Positions 12,936 to 23,452 of a DNA stretch of 64,000 nucleotides are shown here, piece after piece. The position numbers and the translations under genes were made by a program. The DNA comes from Eledone cirrhosa (taxonomy: Eukaryota). The notes under the pieces are model-generated. The model had not been told where the DNA came from. It did no database searches and was given only the letters and a program-made list of their open reading frames with translations. The DNA is taken from contig OZ024741.1 in NCBI GenBank assembly GCA_964016885.1, positions 314,774,001 to 314,838,000 on the forward strand, in the 5' to 3' direction. Each line of letters begins with the position of its first letter. The stretch's first letter is position 1.

Positions 12936-13850
12936 ACCCACATATTCCTAAAATGGTAGTGGGTTGGGGAAGTCTTCAACCATTCCTTCCAGTGGGTTTG
13001 TAAGACGCAACCGTCTTCATATCATCCGGCTGGATCAGATGGGCTCATGCGTATCATCCAACCAACTTGCGCGGTCACTGTCTCTGGGCTTCCTTCCGGT
13101 TGCGTTTACCCGTAAAATCATTCTAGCGACTTTTATCCCGAGACATTCTAAACGCATGTATATAGTATCTGTAATCTGTCAATTCGGAGAAGTAGCGACT
13201 CACTGGAGGGAGACCTGATCTCCAAGCTACGCACCCTAATGAGTAACGTTACTCAAATTACCCTTTGGAGGAACCCCATCTCTGACGCTTGCATCCACGA
13301 TCATATTCGTTTAGTCATTACCCAAGATTCATGACCATAATGAGTGTTGACACGAATACTGTACTGAAGATAACTAGTTTGGATTTGACACCTACATCTG
13401 AATAACAACAGCTGAAGCGGGCGCATTACAGCACAAACTCATGTAATTCTTGCACTTAATTTAGCCTCATGCGTTCCATCACTTGTGAACTTAGCCACGA
13501 GATACCTGAATTTCTGCCCGTGTTTCAGTAGAACTCCATTCATATATAGATTGCACGGCACAAGATTCCTTAAGACGACGAGTGTCTCAGTTTTCGCAGC
13601 ATTGATTTTCATTCCAGCCATGTAGCACTCGACATCAAACCTACAGAGTGCCATTCGGTAATTACGTCCTGCCGAGTTAAGGAATACCGTGTTGTCTGAA
13701 AATTCTAGCCGACTGATATTACACTTACCAGTCGTAATACAACTTCTAGCCCGACTGCGCATGTCAATCATTTTCATGTAAATAATGAACACGATAGCTG
13801 AAAGACGCATCCTTGGCAGAACCCGACTCCCATATTGAATGCTTTCCATT
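12936..13850 (-). mobile_element. Second RTE-clade LINE, 5'-truncated, nested in the first
   Basis: Degenerate RT (LEFSDN, GMKINAAKT, FRYL, YGHESWVM); splits the flanking RTE between its RT motifs. Confidence 0.65.
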
Positions 13851-13854
13851 TAGC

Positions 13855-14320
13855 ACCATTTATCCAGTGGTAGTCCTGCCTAGCATAATTCCAAACTGCA
13901 TCTTATCTACTTTGATTATCTCCCGAATTAATCATGCTATAACATTTTCAACAAATTTCATGACATGCTCCATCAACTTGATACTTGCGTACTTATTCTC
14001 TCTAGAGTATCTTCATTACCCTTGTAGAAGATTACAATAACTTTGCTGCTGAGTCATTGTGTATGACACCTTTCTTGTACTACCTGATTAACTATATGTC
14101 CGACTAGCACATATCCTACAATGCCGGGTGCTTTTAGCCTCTCAACAAATATACCAGATGGTCCAGTGGCCTTCTCTATCTTCATGTCCTTAATTGATTT
14201 ATCTATCTCACTGCTGTCAACTTCTTAGCTGATCCCTTAGTCAGATCAACATGCGGTAAGCCCTTACTGTCCCATTTATTCTCTTCATTCAGTAGTCTCT
14301 CATAGTAAATACTTCTTTTC
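13855..14320 (-). mobile_element. Upstream continuation of the old RTE LINE
   Basis: MKIEKATGP and MQFGIMLGRTTT motifs, collinear with 11560-12840. Confidence 0.6.
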
Positions 14321-14334
14321 GGCATAAGACAGGG

Positions 14335-14890
14335 TAAGTGTCCCACTGCCATTTAGACCATTTCACGATTTTCTATAGCACGCTCTCTTGCAATCCGATA
14401 TACTTCCTTCAACTGATCTTCGCAACGAAGAACATGAGCAATTGTTTCTCTCCCTCTGCCCTTGCTAGGTATAGCAAGTTAAACCTAGTTAAGGAGATAA
14501 TGGAGGTAAGGGTGGGTTGGAAAGACTGGACACAAGAAAGAGAGGAGTCAGGCTTTTCATGGGAGAAAGAAGTGGCGCCGATAGAATACTCGATGTAACG
14601 GCCGTATAGATCAGGGGTAGGTGCAGTATACTGGGAGAAAATTTGAGCTTCGATGTAGCTGACGAAAAAGTCGGCGTATTTCGGGAACATTCAATTTACC
14701 AAGGCTATCCCAGTAATTTGTTGGTTATACTTTCCTGAAAGGGGAAAACTGTTGAGGTTGAGAACGAGCTCAGCAAGGGGACGCGTAGAAGTGTGAGAAG
14801 AGGTGGCGAAACGTAAATCTAGAAAGTGTGGATGGGAGCGGTTGTCTTCAACGTGAGGGATGATGCTGTAGAAAGAGGTGATGTCCATGC
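14335..14890 (-). mobile_element. Penelope-like element remnant
   Basis: MDITSFYSIIP, LVLNLNSF, QITGIA, YADFFVSYIE, YGRYIE (PLE-type RT) and a KYIG remnant suggestive of GIY-YIG. Confidence 0.65.
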
Positions 14891-15018
14891 TAGCTTTAAC
14901 TTTCATCCTAATAGGGTCAATAGCATAAATCACCAGTAACGCACTGGGGTCGAATTAATCGACTTTCACATTCCCCTTCAAATTTCTGGCTTTGTGTCAA
15001 AAATATACACAAATATTA
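14891..15018 (+). mobile_element. Older diverged SINE 3' fragment
   Basis: CTTTCATCC...ACCAGT...GCACTGGGGTCGA...AATCGACT...GGCTTTGTG resembles the SINE core and tail. Confidence 0.6.
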
Positions 15019-15586
15019 GTTTTATTATTGTTGATTGTCGTCACAGTTTTACCGAACACTATTATGTGCACCTTCGGTATGAACTATTCCTTAATGTGCA
15101 ATTTTAAGTTATAAAGTTTTTGGTTATGTTTCGGTCTATGAGTGTTTTATTATTCCCAGAGTATTTATTGAAGGGATTATTTCTACTTACGTCATCCACA
15201 TTCAGTTTATTTGGATAATTTCTCCATTTCCCTGGCAGAAATATATATATATATATATATATATAGAAGTGGTATTTAATTTGTTGTAAGTCCGACAAGC
15301 ATAAATGTGTATAACTTATTTACAGCACTCAACATATAATTGGAGTAAATATTCAATGATATTAAATGAATGGAAACTATATTTATAAAACCATATTTAT
15401 TTTATTATATATATTTCAAGAGTAATCAAGACAGCATTGGTACGCTTTCATCAGATAAAATACAAAGTTTGTTTTATAAATAGAGACATACCGATGAAAA
15501 TCATACCTTATCGGTTGGAAATTCACTGGATAGTGGAAATATATTAGGGATGATTCAAACTTATGTGTGAATATGCAAATGTGAAT

Positions 15587-16951
15587 GGGAGAGCTTACCA
15601 TCGATCACCTCCTCTTCATGAACGATCTTAAGCTCTTCGGGAAGAGTGAGGAGGAGTTGGTTGTGCTTGTTGACACTGTCCGTATTTTCAGCAATGATAT
15701 ATGTATGCAATTTGGTATTAGTAAAATGGAGTAAGGTGCGTATTAAAGTCACACCTGAACAGTAAGAATGCCATAAGTGCAGTAAATTCCCGAGCTGTGT
15801 CTATTATTAGGTGCAGTGCGGGAATTCTGAGATGGAATGTTGCTGAACAAAAAGAAATGGATAGGAAAACTAGGAAGCTATTGACTATCTACAACAAGTT
15901 CCACAAGAGGAGTGATGTCGATAGACTCTACTTAAGGAGATCTGAAGGTGGAAGAGGTCTTATCAGCATAGAGGACTGTGTTCAGATGGGAAAAAAAACA
16001 ACCTACACAAATACGTGACTGATAGTAAGGAGCCAATGCTTAGAATTGTACTGAAGGAGAGGACAATAGACCAGGGGATGTCCAAGGAGGAAATAACAAC
16101 AAGGAGAAAGAGCAGCCTTCATGAAAAATCCCTTCATAGTACATTCTTTGAGAAAACTGAATTCAGAGATCCACAGACATAGAACTGGTTGAAAAGATGA
16201 GACCTTAAAAAGGCTACGGAAGGAATGCTAATGGCTGCGCAAGAGCAGGCCCTCAAAACGAAGTGGTTGAAACACCATATTTACAAGGAGCAGGCTAGCC
16301 CACTGTGCAGGATCTGTGGAGAGAGAGAGGAGACTGTGGCTCACATTGTATCCGAATGTAAACACCTAGCCCAGACTCACTATAAAGGCTGGAGACATGA
16401 TGTGATGGGCAGGGTGATCCACTGGCACCTATGCAAAGTAAACAATTTACCACATTCTGAGAAGTGGTATGAGCATAAGTCCGAGTCGGTGATAGAAAAC
16501 GATCAGGTTAAGGTGCTGTGGGATTTTAGGATACAGACGGACAAGAAACTGGAACACAATAGACCTGACCTGGTGGTTTTGGACAAGGAAAAAAGATCGT
16601 GCCTGATTGTGGATGTGGCCTGCCCATTCGACACGAGAGTGCAAGAGAAGGAGAGGGAGAAAATTAACCGATACCAGGACTTAAAGTGGGAGGTAAAAAG
16701 GATTTGGAACTGCCATGAAGTCAAAGTGGTCCCGATTGTTATAGGCGCACTAGGTGCTATCTCAAAAAGTTTCCAGGGATGGTTAAAGAAAATTCGTCCC
16801 GCCACGCTTTTTGGAACGCTTCAAAAGGCATGCTCGCTGGGAACAGCGAGAACCCTCCGATACATCCTGAATATCTGAGGCTGCAGGTAGTGGCTTGATA
16901 TTCATTTCAACAAACTTTCCAGTTAACTCACATCAATGACTGAGACTCAAA

Positions 16952-16952
<1 letters not shown>
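15587..16952 (+). mobile_element. Dong family B, 5'-truncated, small internal deletion near 15725
   Basis: CRICGEREETVAHIVSEC, RHD, RPD and KINRYQDL (CCHC plus RLE); matches about 28435-29973. Confidence 0.93.

Positions 16953-17000
<48 letters not shown>
16953..17000. repeat. (AAT)n between the Dong-B 3' end and a Tx1 3' end
   Basis: Direct reading. Confidence 0.98.
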
Positions 17001-17001
<1 letters not shown>

Positions 17002-17454
17002 TTTTCTTTATTAACCACAAGGGTTTACATAAAGTAGACATTAAGGACAGTGCAGGACAATACAGGACGGTACAAATGGGCATTTCTACGTGTAAAAAAA
17101 CAGAGGATGTAATAAAATAACAAAGAAAAATTCCCCAATAAGGGGGAGACTTCCGAGGGACATTTCTGGAGAAAGCCCATTAAAAGACCACAGTGACCCT
17201 GACCACCAAGGCAAGTGCCCTCTCCCATTTTTCCACATTTAATTTACAGACACATACACAGAGTAGGCCCATTCACTCGGGCCATTCTTGCTTCTCTCAC
17301 CCATCTTTCAACAAAATGATGGGAAGAGAGCAGTTCCCTCTCTACTCTGATTTTCCTTTCCAAATGAAATTTGAAAGAGTCAATCAGGGCATCACCGAAG
17401 AGGTAAGTGCTCGTCTTCAGCCCTTTCAAACGTGTCCACCATACTATCTCTTTC
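17001..17454 (-). mobile_element. Tx1 family 1, short 3' fragment
   Basis: KEIVWWTRLKG...GPTLCMCL plus the family 1 3' UTR. Confidence 0.93.
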
Positions 17455-17540
17455 ATCATTTTTTGCAAATAGTTTCAGGTCTTATTATTATAATACCTGA
17501 ATAATAATAAGACCTGAAACTATTTGCAAAAAATGATGAA
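17452..17540. repeat. Perfect 40 bp inverted repeat with a 9 nt loop
   Basis: 17452-17491 is the exact reverse complement of 17501-17540. Confidence 0.95.
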
Positions 17541-19195
17541 TAATTGCAAGGGCTATTATCCACTGTAGAGCAGTTCAGTGATGACATTAAAATGGAGTTT
17601 GGACTAGATAAATGAGCCAAAGCAACGTTCACCAGAGGAAAGTTGCTGAAAAGTTCAGACATTAATCTTGATCGGGGGAATGAGATAAGAGAACTTGATC
17701 AAGAGGGAACTTACATATATCTAGGTGTTTGTGAAGGAGACGGAGTCAAGCACTCGACAATGAGGGAAAGGATAAGAAGGGACTGTTACCGCAGAGTAAG
17801 AGCAGTATTAAGAACGGAATTGAATGCAAGGAATAGGATCGTTGCCATAGACACGCTTGCCATACCAGTAGTAACCTACAATTACAATGTCATCAACTGG
17901 TCAAGCACAGAGATCCGTAGGTTCGATACACAAATTAGAAAATTCTTAACCATGCACAGAATGCATCACCCTAAGGCAGATACAGATAGAATATATCTCC
18001 CCAGGAAAGAAGGAGGACGTGGGTTAATCCAGTTAGATATTGCGTTGAAAACTGCAACAATTGGATTATCTACATATCTAATGGAATCACATGATTGGAT
18101 GATCAAACTCGTTTTGAAACACGAAAGCATCAAAAGATCATACTCCATTACAAAAGATGAACAAAGATACAGAAATGGACTACAAATTTCATAAGTCCCA
18201 TTTACTGCTGAAATGGAAAACACAGAAAAAGCAAAGCAGGTAAAAGTAACTGCAAAGAAAGAAATGCTACAGAAACTGGCTAAGAAATAGCAAGAAAAAC
18301 CTCTGTATGGAAAATACACCAAAAGAGTTAACAATCCTGATGTTGACAAAACTTTAACCCATCGGTGGTTGGCATCCTCTGGACTGAAATCGGAGACTGA
18401 AGGACTGATTATATCAGCAAAAGATCAGTGTCTGCCAACAAAAAATTACCAAGCCAACATAATAAAAAATGGATGCAGCCCATTATGCCGTGTATGTAAA
18501 AAACATCCAGAGACCATTGATCATATAATTTCAATGTGCAGTCCTATAGCTCCAACCGAATACCTAAACAGGCATGACAGAGCTGCACAATACATACATT
18601 GGATAATGTGTAAACATTTTGACCTGCCCCATCAAAAGAATTGGTGGGAGCATCAACCACATCCCATACTTGAAAAAGATTACATCTCAATCTTGTGGAA
18701 CTTTAGCATTAAAACAGACCGAAAAACAGATGCAAATAGACCTGATATAATACTGAAGGACTTTAAAAACAGGGTATTCCTGCTAATTGATATGTACGTT
18801 CCAATAGACAAGAATGTATCTATAAAAACATTTGAAAAATTGAGCAAGTATAAGGACCTGGGGATAGAAATTGGAAACATGTGGAAATTGAGAACTAAAA
18901 CAATACTAGTGGTTGTAGGCGCTCTAGGAATGATACCTAAGGGGTCTAATGATTACTTATCGCAAACCCCAGGAAACCCGCGTATAGGAGAAATACAAAA
19001 GATAGTACTAATGGGAACTGGCCATATACTAAGGAAGATCCTGTCAATATAAGTACATCACAAGTCTAAACACCTAAAGATGCATCTGTGTGTATGTATG
19101 TTCTTTCTTGAACATGGCGGACCTTGTTGTCTATTGAGGTCACTGGTTGTGACTTGGTGATAACTCGTATGAATATAAAGCAAGATAAATGCAAC

Positions 19196-19197
<2 letters not shown>
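17511..19197 (+). mobile_element. Dong family A, 5'-truncated at the RT DD motif
   Basis: Starts DLKLFAK; CRVCKKHPETIDHIISMC, RHD, RPD, KLSKYKDL; in-frame stops. Confidence 0.93.

Positions 19198-19243
<46 letters not shown>
19198..19243. repeat. (TAA)n between the Dong-A 3' end and a Tx1 3' end
   Basis: Direct reading. Confidence 0.98.
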
Positions 19244-19245
<2 letters not shown>

Positions 19246-19503
19246 TTTCTTTATTAACCACAAGGGTTTACATAAAGTAGACATTAAGGACAGTGCAGGA
19301 CAATGCAGGACGGTACAAATGGGCATTTCTGCGTGTAAAAACAAAAACAGAGGATGTAACAAAAATAACAATGAAAATAACAATGAAAAATTCCCCAATA
19401 GGGGGGAGACTTCGGAGGGACATTTGTGGAGAAAGCCCAGTAAAAAGCCACAATGACCCTGACCACCAAGGCAAGTGCCCTCTCCCAGTTTTCCACCTTT
19501 AGT

Positions 19504-22500
19504 TTACAGATATATACTCAGAGTCGGCCCACACTGGGCCATTCTTGCTTCTCTCACCCATCTTTCAACAAAATGCTGGGAAGAGAGCACTTCCCTCTCT
19601 ACTCTGATTTTCCTTTTCAAATGAAATTTGAAAAAGTCAATCAGAGCATCACCGAAGAGGTAAGTGCTCGTCTTCAGCCCTTTCAAACGTGTCCACCATA
19701 CTATCTCTTTCGCCATGGCCACCAGACAGATAAAAACTGCCTGCCCTTCCCGGCTAAAGGAGGAGGGCGGGGCAATCCTCACGATGGTCTCAGATGATGG
19801 CCGGATCCGTCCTAAACGCGACAGCAGGTGTTCGACATAAACCCACAAGTCAGCAATTTTCGGACACTGGACGAGTGCGTGCAGGACGGTTTCGTCACTC
19901 TGCGCGCATCTCGGACATGCCCGGCTGACGGCACCTCCATGCCTGTAGAGTTTATCCCGAACTGGCAAGGCTCCTCGGTAGCACTGCCAGGCCAGAGATT
20001 TCTGGAAGTTGTCCATAGGCCCTGGCCCGAAAGTTCTTCCGAAGAGATTGGCTAGTTGATTTTCGTCGACGCCTAGAGTTTCCCCAAGTACGTCGTCGCT
20101 CTTCCCCTCCACTAATCCTCTATAGAACGCCGAGGTGGATTTTCCACCGATCACATTGCCCGATTGGTCGAGGGCTGTGAGCGCCTGAAGACATTCCAGT
20201 CTCCAGGCGCTCCCTCTCGGTCTTCGCTTGACCCAGGACTGCAGCTCCGTCAAGAAAACGAGCTGGGGAAATACGCGCCTAGCAAACGGCGACCACACCT
20301 GATCACCGTCGAGGAAGAGGGGGAGATGTCGTAGCCTGAGCGCGTGCCTGCGCATCATCAGCCACGGCATGCCCAGCCCTCCACGTAGCGGGTGTTGACA
20401 ACAGATGGACCGCCTGACCATCGGAGCACGTCCCTTCCACAAAAAGCGAAAGAGCAAACGCTCCAGCGCAGTCAGGCGAGGCTTAGGACAAGGTACGACG
20501 GTCAGGCGGTAGCAGATGACAGACGCGATGTACGCGTTAGCCACCTCCGCTCGACCTTTCAGGGATAGCTTCCTCTCCGCCCATTTCTGGGTGAGAGAAG
20601 CCACCCTGCTCGTCACCTCGTCCCAGTTTTTGTCCGTCTGGAGGTCCGGACCGAACCAGACCCCTAGCAATTTAACCGGTCCGTCCGTCCAGCGCCCGAC
20701 GACGCTGTTGGACGGCATGGACCTGCCTCTCCAGGTGCCGAGCTGCAGGCCCACTGACTTTTCCTGGTTGATCATTGCTCCTGTCACCGCTTCGTATTCT
20801 CTTAGTGTAGTTCCGATCGCCTCGATGTGTTTGGCGTTCGACACCACTACGGTGACATCGTCCGCATATGCTGACACGGATCTTCCGCATCCTAGTTCGC
20901 GCGGGATCCCCCTCAACGTCTCCAGTTTGTGCAGTAATGGCTCGAGAGTCAATACGTACAATATGGACGAGAGGGGACATCCTTGGCGGACCGAGCGCAT
21001 GATGTTGAACGGTTCCGAAAGGTGACCGTTCACTCTCACTACAGAGCAGATGTCGCTGTGAATGGCAGCGATCCAGCCTCTGAAGACGGGCCCAAAGCCA
21101 GCCGCCCTCATGACGGCCGCTAGGTAACGATGGTCGACCCTATCGAAAGCTTTCAACTGATCTAAATTGATCAAGGACCCACCCGTGCCAGGTTCCTTAG
21201 CTACCCTCTCTATGATGTATCGCATGAGTTGGAGGCTGTCGTGGATGGATCTGTCGGGAATGGCGCATGTCTGCGCCTCTCCCACCAGACCACCAACGAC
21301 AAGCGCCAACCTCTTTGCTAGCACCTTGGCCAAAATCTTGAACTCTGTGTTTAGCAGAGTTATGGGCCGGAAATTGTCTATGTTATCCCCCTTGTTCGGA
21401 TCCTTTCTCAGCAGTGCCACCGCTCCTCGGCTCACAGAACTGGGAATTCTCCCGTTCTGTTGCCAGTTGCAGTAGACGTCCGCCAAGAGGCCTCCGAACA
21501 AGTCTGGAATCTGTACGTAAAGTTCATAGGGCAGACCATCCAAACCAGGCGATTTACCCCTTGTGCAGCCAGTCATTGCCTCCCTTACTTCAGCGGCTGT
21601 TATCGGCTTTTCGCAACACTTCGCCTCAGTGGCCGAGAGCCGCGGCAGTCCGTCGAGGTAGACACTAAAGTCCATCCCTCTACCCGGCCCACCGCTGCCC
21701 CCGAACAGCTGAGCGAAGTGTCGCTGAAAAGCTTCACACATTTGCCCGGGATCGAGTAGCATGCGCCCGTCGTGGTCCACCAAAGACCGAATCGTGGCTT
21801 TGTTGCCACGACGCGCCTCCGCCACTCGGGCCCATTGAACGGCTTTCGTCCCCTCGTGTCTGAGAGCACGCACCCTAGCTCTGACAACGCAGCCTTCGTG
21901 CTTTACATTGAAGAATTGGTCGAGGGCCAATTTCGCCGCAAGCACGTCGGTCGCAATGCCTTTGCTAAGCGCCTCGTCTAATTTTCTAACTAGTTCTCCC
22001 TCTGCTCTATTTTTCTCTATTGCTAAAGCCTTACTAAACCTAATCGATTCTATTCTAATCGCTCTTTTCAGAGCAAACCACCACTTGTTGTTGACGATGG
22101 CCCCCGTCAACGCCCGCTTAACTAGTTCGCTAATTCGGTCTCTGTAGGCCTTGCGAGCTGGTAAGGACGCGTTTAGCCTCCAGTAGCCGGGTCCTCGTCT
22201 ATGAAGCCTATCTAAGTCAAGCACACAGGTCACGAATTTGTTTTCCGTGTAGCTGACTATCTTGAATTGTGAACAGCCTATGCTAGACCTATCTATTTCC
22301 CTATAAAATACTCTATCTAGATATGATCTGGTTGACCCTATGCGGTTTGTCCAAGTCCACATTGGCACATTCGGGAAATCCAATCGGTACCTGTCAGACA
22401 GTTCAAAACGCCTGAGCAGGTTGATGAGGCTCTTGCACCCTCCACCCCTATCCGCTAATCCCACACAGTCCCAGCGTGCATCTAAGATCCCGTTCCAGTC

Positions 22501-22920
22501 GCCCACTAACACTAAAGAGCGGGACGTTGCAAGAAAGGTCTCCAGACGCCGGAAGAAATCAGGCCGCCCTGCTCCTGTCGGAGCATAGACGGCCACTAGC
22601 CTGAAAGCTTGCCCGTCTCCGCTGGTCACGCCCAGCACCACCAGCTTACCCTCTGGGTCCAGGAAGATGGCCCGTATGGCGAGATCCAAACCTCTCCGAA
22701 AAAGCACAGCAACTCCACCACCCGATCCAGGACGGCTGGGAGATGCGTACACATCGTAGCCGCCGAAGATCGGTGCGAAGGCCCGTGCTTCGGAGATTCT
22801 GGTCTCGCTGATGGCCACTACATCTATGTTTAGTGACCTGAGGTCGTTGAGCAGGTGACCCTGCTTCCATGACGACCCCAAGCCACGCACATTTATGCTG
22901 CCTATTCTGAGTGAGGTCAT
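19504..22920 (-). CDS. ORF2p: APE endonuclease, reverse transcriptase, C-terminal zinc finger (1138 aa)
   Basis: Uninterrupted ORF; SET, GDWN, YLDR, QGCPLS, YADD, CPRC-x8-H-x4-C; APE TDH motif altered to TEN. Confidence 0.93.
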   Translation of the reverse strand: MTSLRIGSINVRGLGSSWKQGHLLNDLRSLNIDVVAISETRISEARAFAPIFGGYDVYASPSRPGSGGGVAVLFRRGLDLAIRAIFLDPEGKLVVLGVTSGDGQAFRLVAVYAPTGAGRPDFFRRLETFLATSRSLVLVGDWNGILDARWDCVGLADRGGGCKSLINLLRRFELSDRYRLDFPNVPMWTWTNRIGSTRSYLDRVFYREIDRSSIGCSQFKIVSYTENKFVTCVLDLDRLHRRGPGYWRLNASLPARKAYRDRISELVKRALTGAIVNNKWWFALKRAIRIESIRFSKALAIEKNRAEGELVRKLDEALSKGIATDVLAAKLALDQFFNVKHEGCVVRARVRALRHEGTKAVQWARVAEARRGNKATIRSLVDHDGRMLLDPGQMCEAFQRHFAQLFGGSGGPGRGMDFSVYLDGLPRLSATEAKCCEKPITAAEVREAMTGCTRGKSPGLDGLPYELYVQIPDLFGGLLADVYCNWQQNGRIPSSVSRGAVALLRKDPNKGDNIDNFRPITLLNTEFKILAKVLAKRLALVVGGLVGEAQTCAIPDRSIHDSLQLMRYIIERVAKEPGTGGSLINLDQLKAFDRVDHRYLAAVMRAAGFGPVFRGWIAAIHSDICSVVRVNGHLSEPFNIMRSVRQGCPLSSILYVLTLEPLLHKLETLRGIPRELGCGRSVSAYADDVTVVVSNAKHIEAIGTTLREYEAVTGAMINQEKSVGLQLGTWRGRSMPSNSVVGRWTDGPVKLLGVWFGPDLQTDKNWDEVTSRVASLTQKWAERKLSLKGRAEVANAYIASVICYRLTVVPCPKPRLTALERLLFRFLWKGRAPMVRRSICCQHPLRGGLGMPWLMMRRHALRLRHLPLFLDGDQVWSPFARRVFPQLVFLTELQSWVKRRPRGSAWRLECLQALTALDQSGNVIGGKSTSAFYRGLVEGKSDDVLGETLGVDENQLANLFGRTFGPGPMDNFQKSLAWQCYRGALPVRDKLYRHGGAVSRACPRCAQSDETVLHALVQCPKIADLWVYVEHLLSRLGRIRPSSETIVRIAPPSSFSREGQAVFICLVAMAKEIVWWTRLKGLKTSTYLFGDALIDFFKFHLKRKIRVEREVLSSQHFVERWVREARMAQCGPTLSIYL

Positions 22921-22955
22921 GTTTAAAATAGAGTGGAAAAGATGGGAAAGACCAC

Positions 22956-23264
22956 TTACCGTACTTTTGGTAGAGGAGGGATGGTTTTTACATCCCTTTT
23001 CACTTGATCGTCTGGTGAAGGGACCGTTGAATCGTCCCTTCGGCTGGTCGTCGGCTCTTCTAAGAGAATGTCTGAGTATACTCTTCGATTGATGGTTCCT
23101 CCTAGGTCCCTGAAATCACCAACTGCGTTGGGGAATTTCGTTTTAATGTTTGTGTATTGTTTCTGTGCTATTTTTAGCAGTCTTATGTTAGTTGGCGTTT
23201 TGATTGGTGCTGGTATTATGTAGTCCAGTTGTGAAATGTCTGTGTGTTCAATTATGTAAGTCAT
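22956..23264 (-). CDS. C-terminal ORF1 segment in the -1 frame (frame open from about 23523)
   Basis: Protein-level similarity to 39511-39918 (KFP..GDFR....RR.Y.DIL). Confidence 0.6.
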   Translation of the reverse strand: MTYIIEHTDISQLDYIIPAPIKTPTNIRLLKIAQKQYTNIKTKFPNAVGDFRDLGGTINRRVYSDILLEEPTTSRRDDSTVPSPDDQVKRDVKTIPPLPKVR

Positions 23265-23452
23265 TAGTTTCTTGTTGTGTGTATTTATTGCCGTGCATTT
23301 GTTTTTCTGGGGGTGGGGTGTGGTTTTGCTATTTTCTTGTCGTTGTTGCTGGGTGTGTGTGTTTTGTTGTTGTGTTTGCGATGTTGGTGCTTGTGGTGGT
23401 GGTGTTAAAGGTGTTGTTGGCGGTGGGGTTGTCGCCGGTGATGATGGTGGTG

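Noticed and set aside
12831-13860. Target-site duplication around the nested RTE
   Set aside because: Only a weak TGGCAC/TAGCAC match, not distinguishable from chance.
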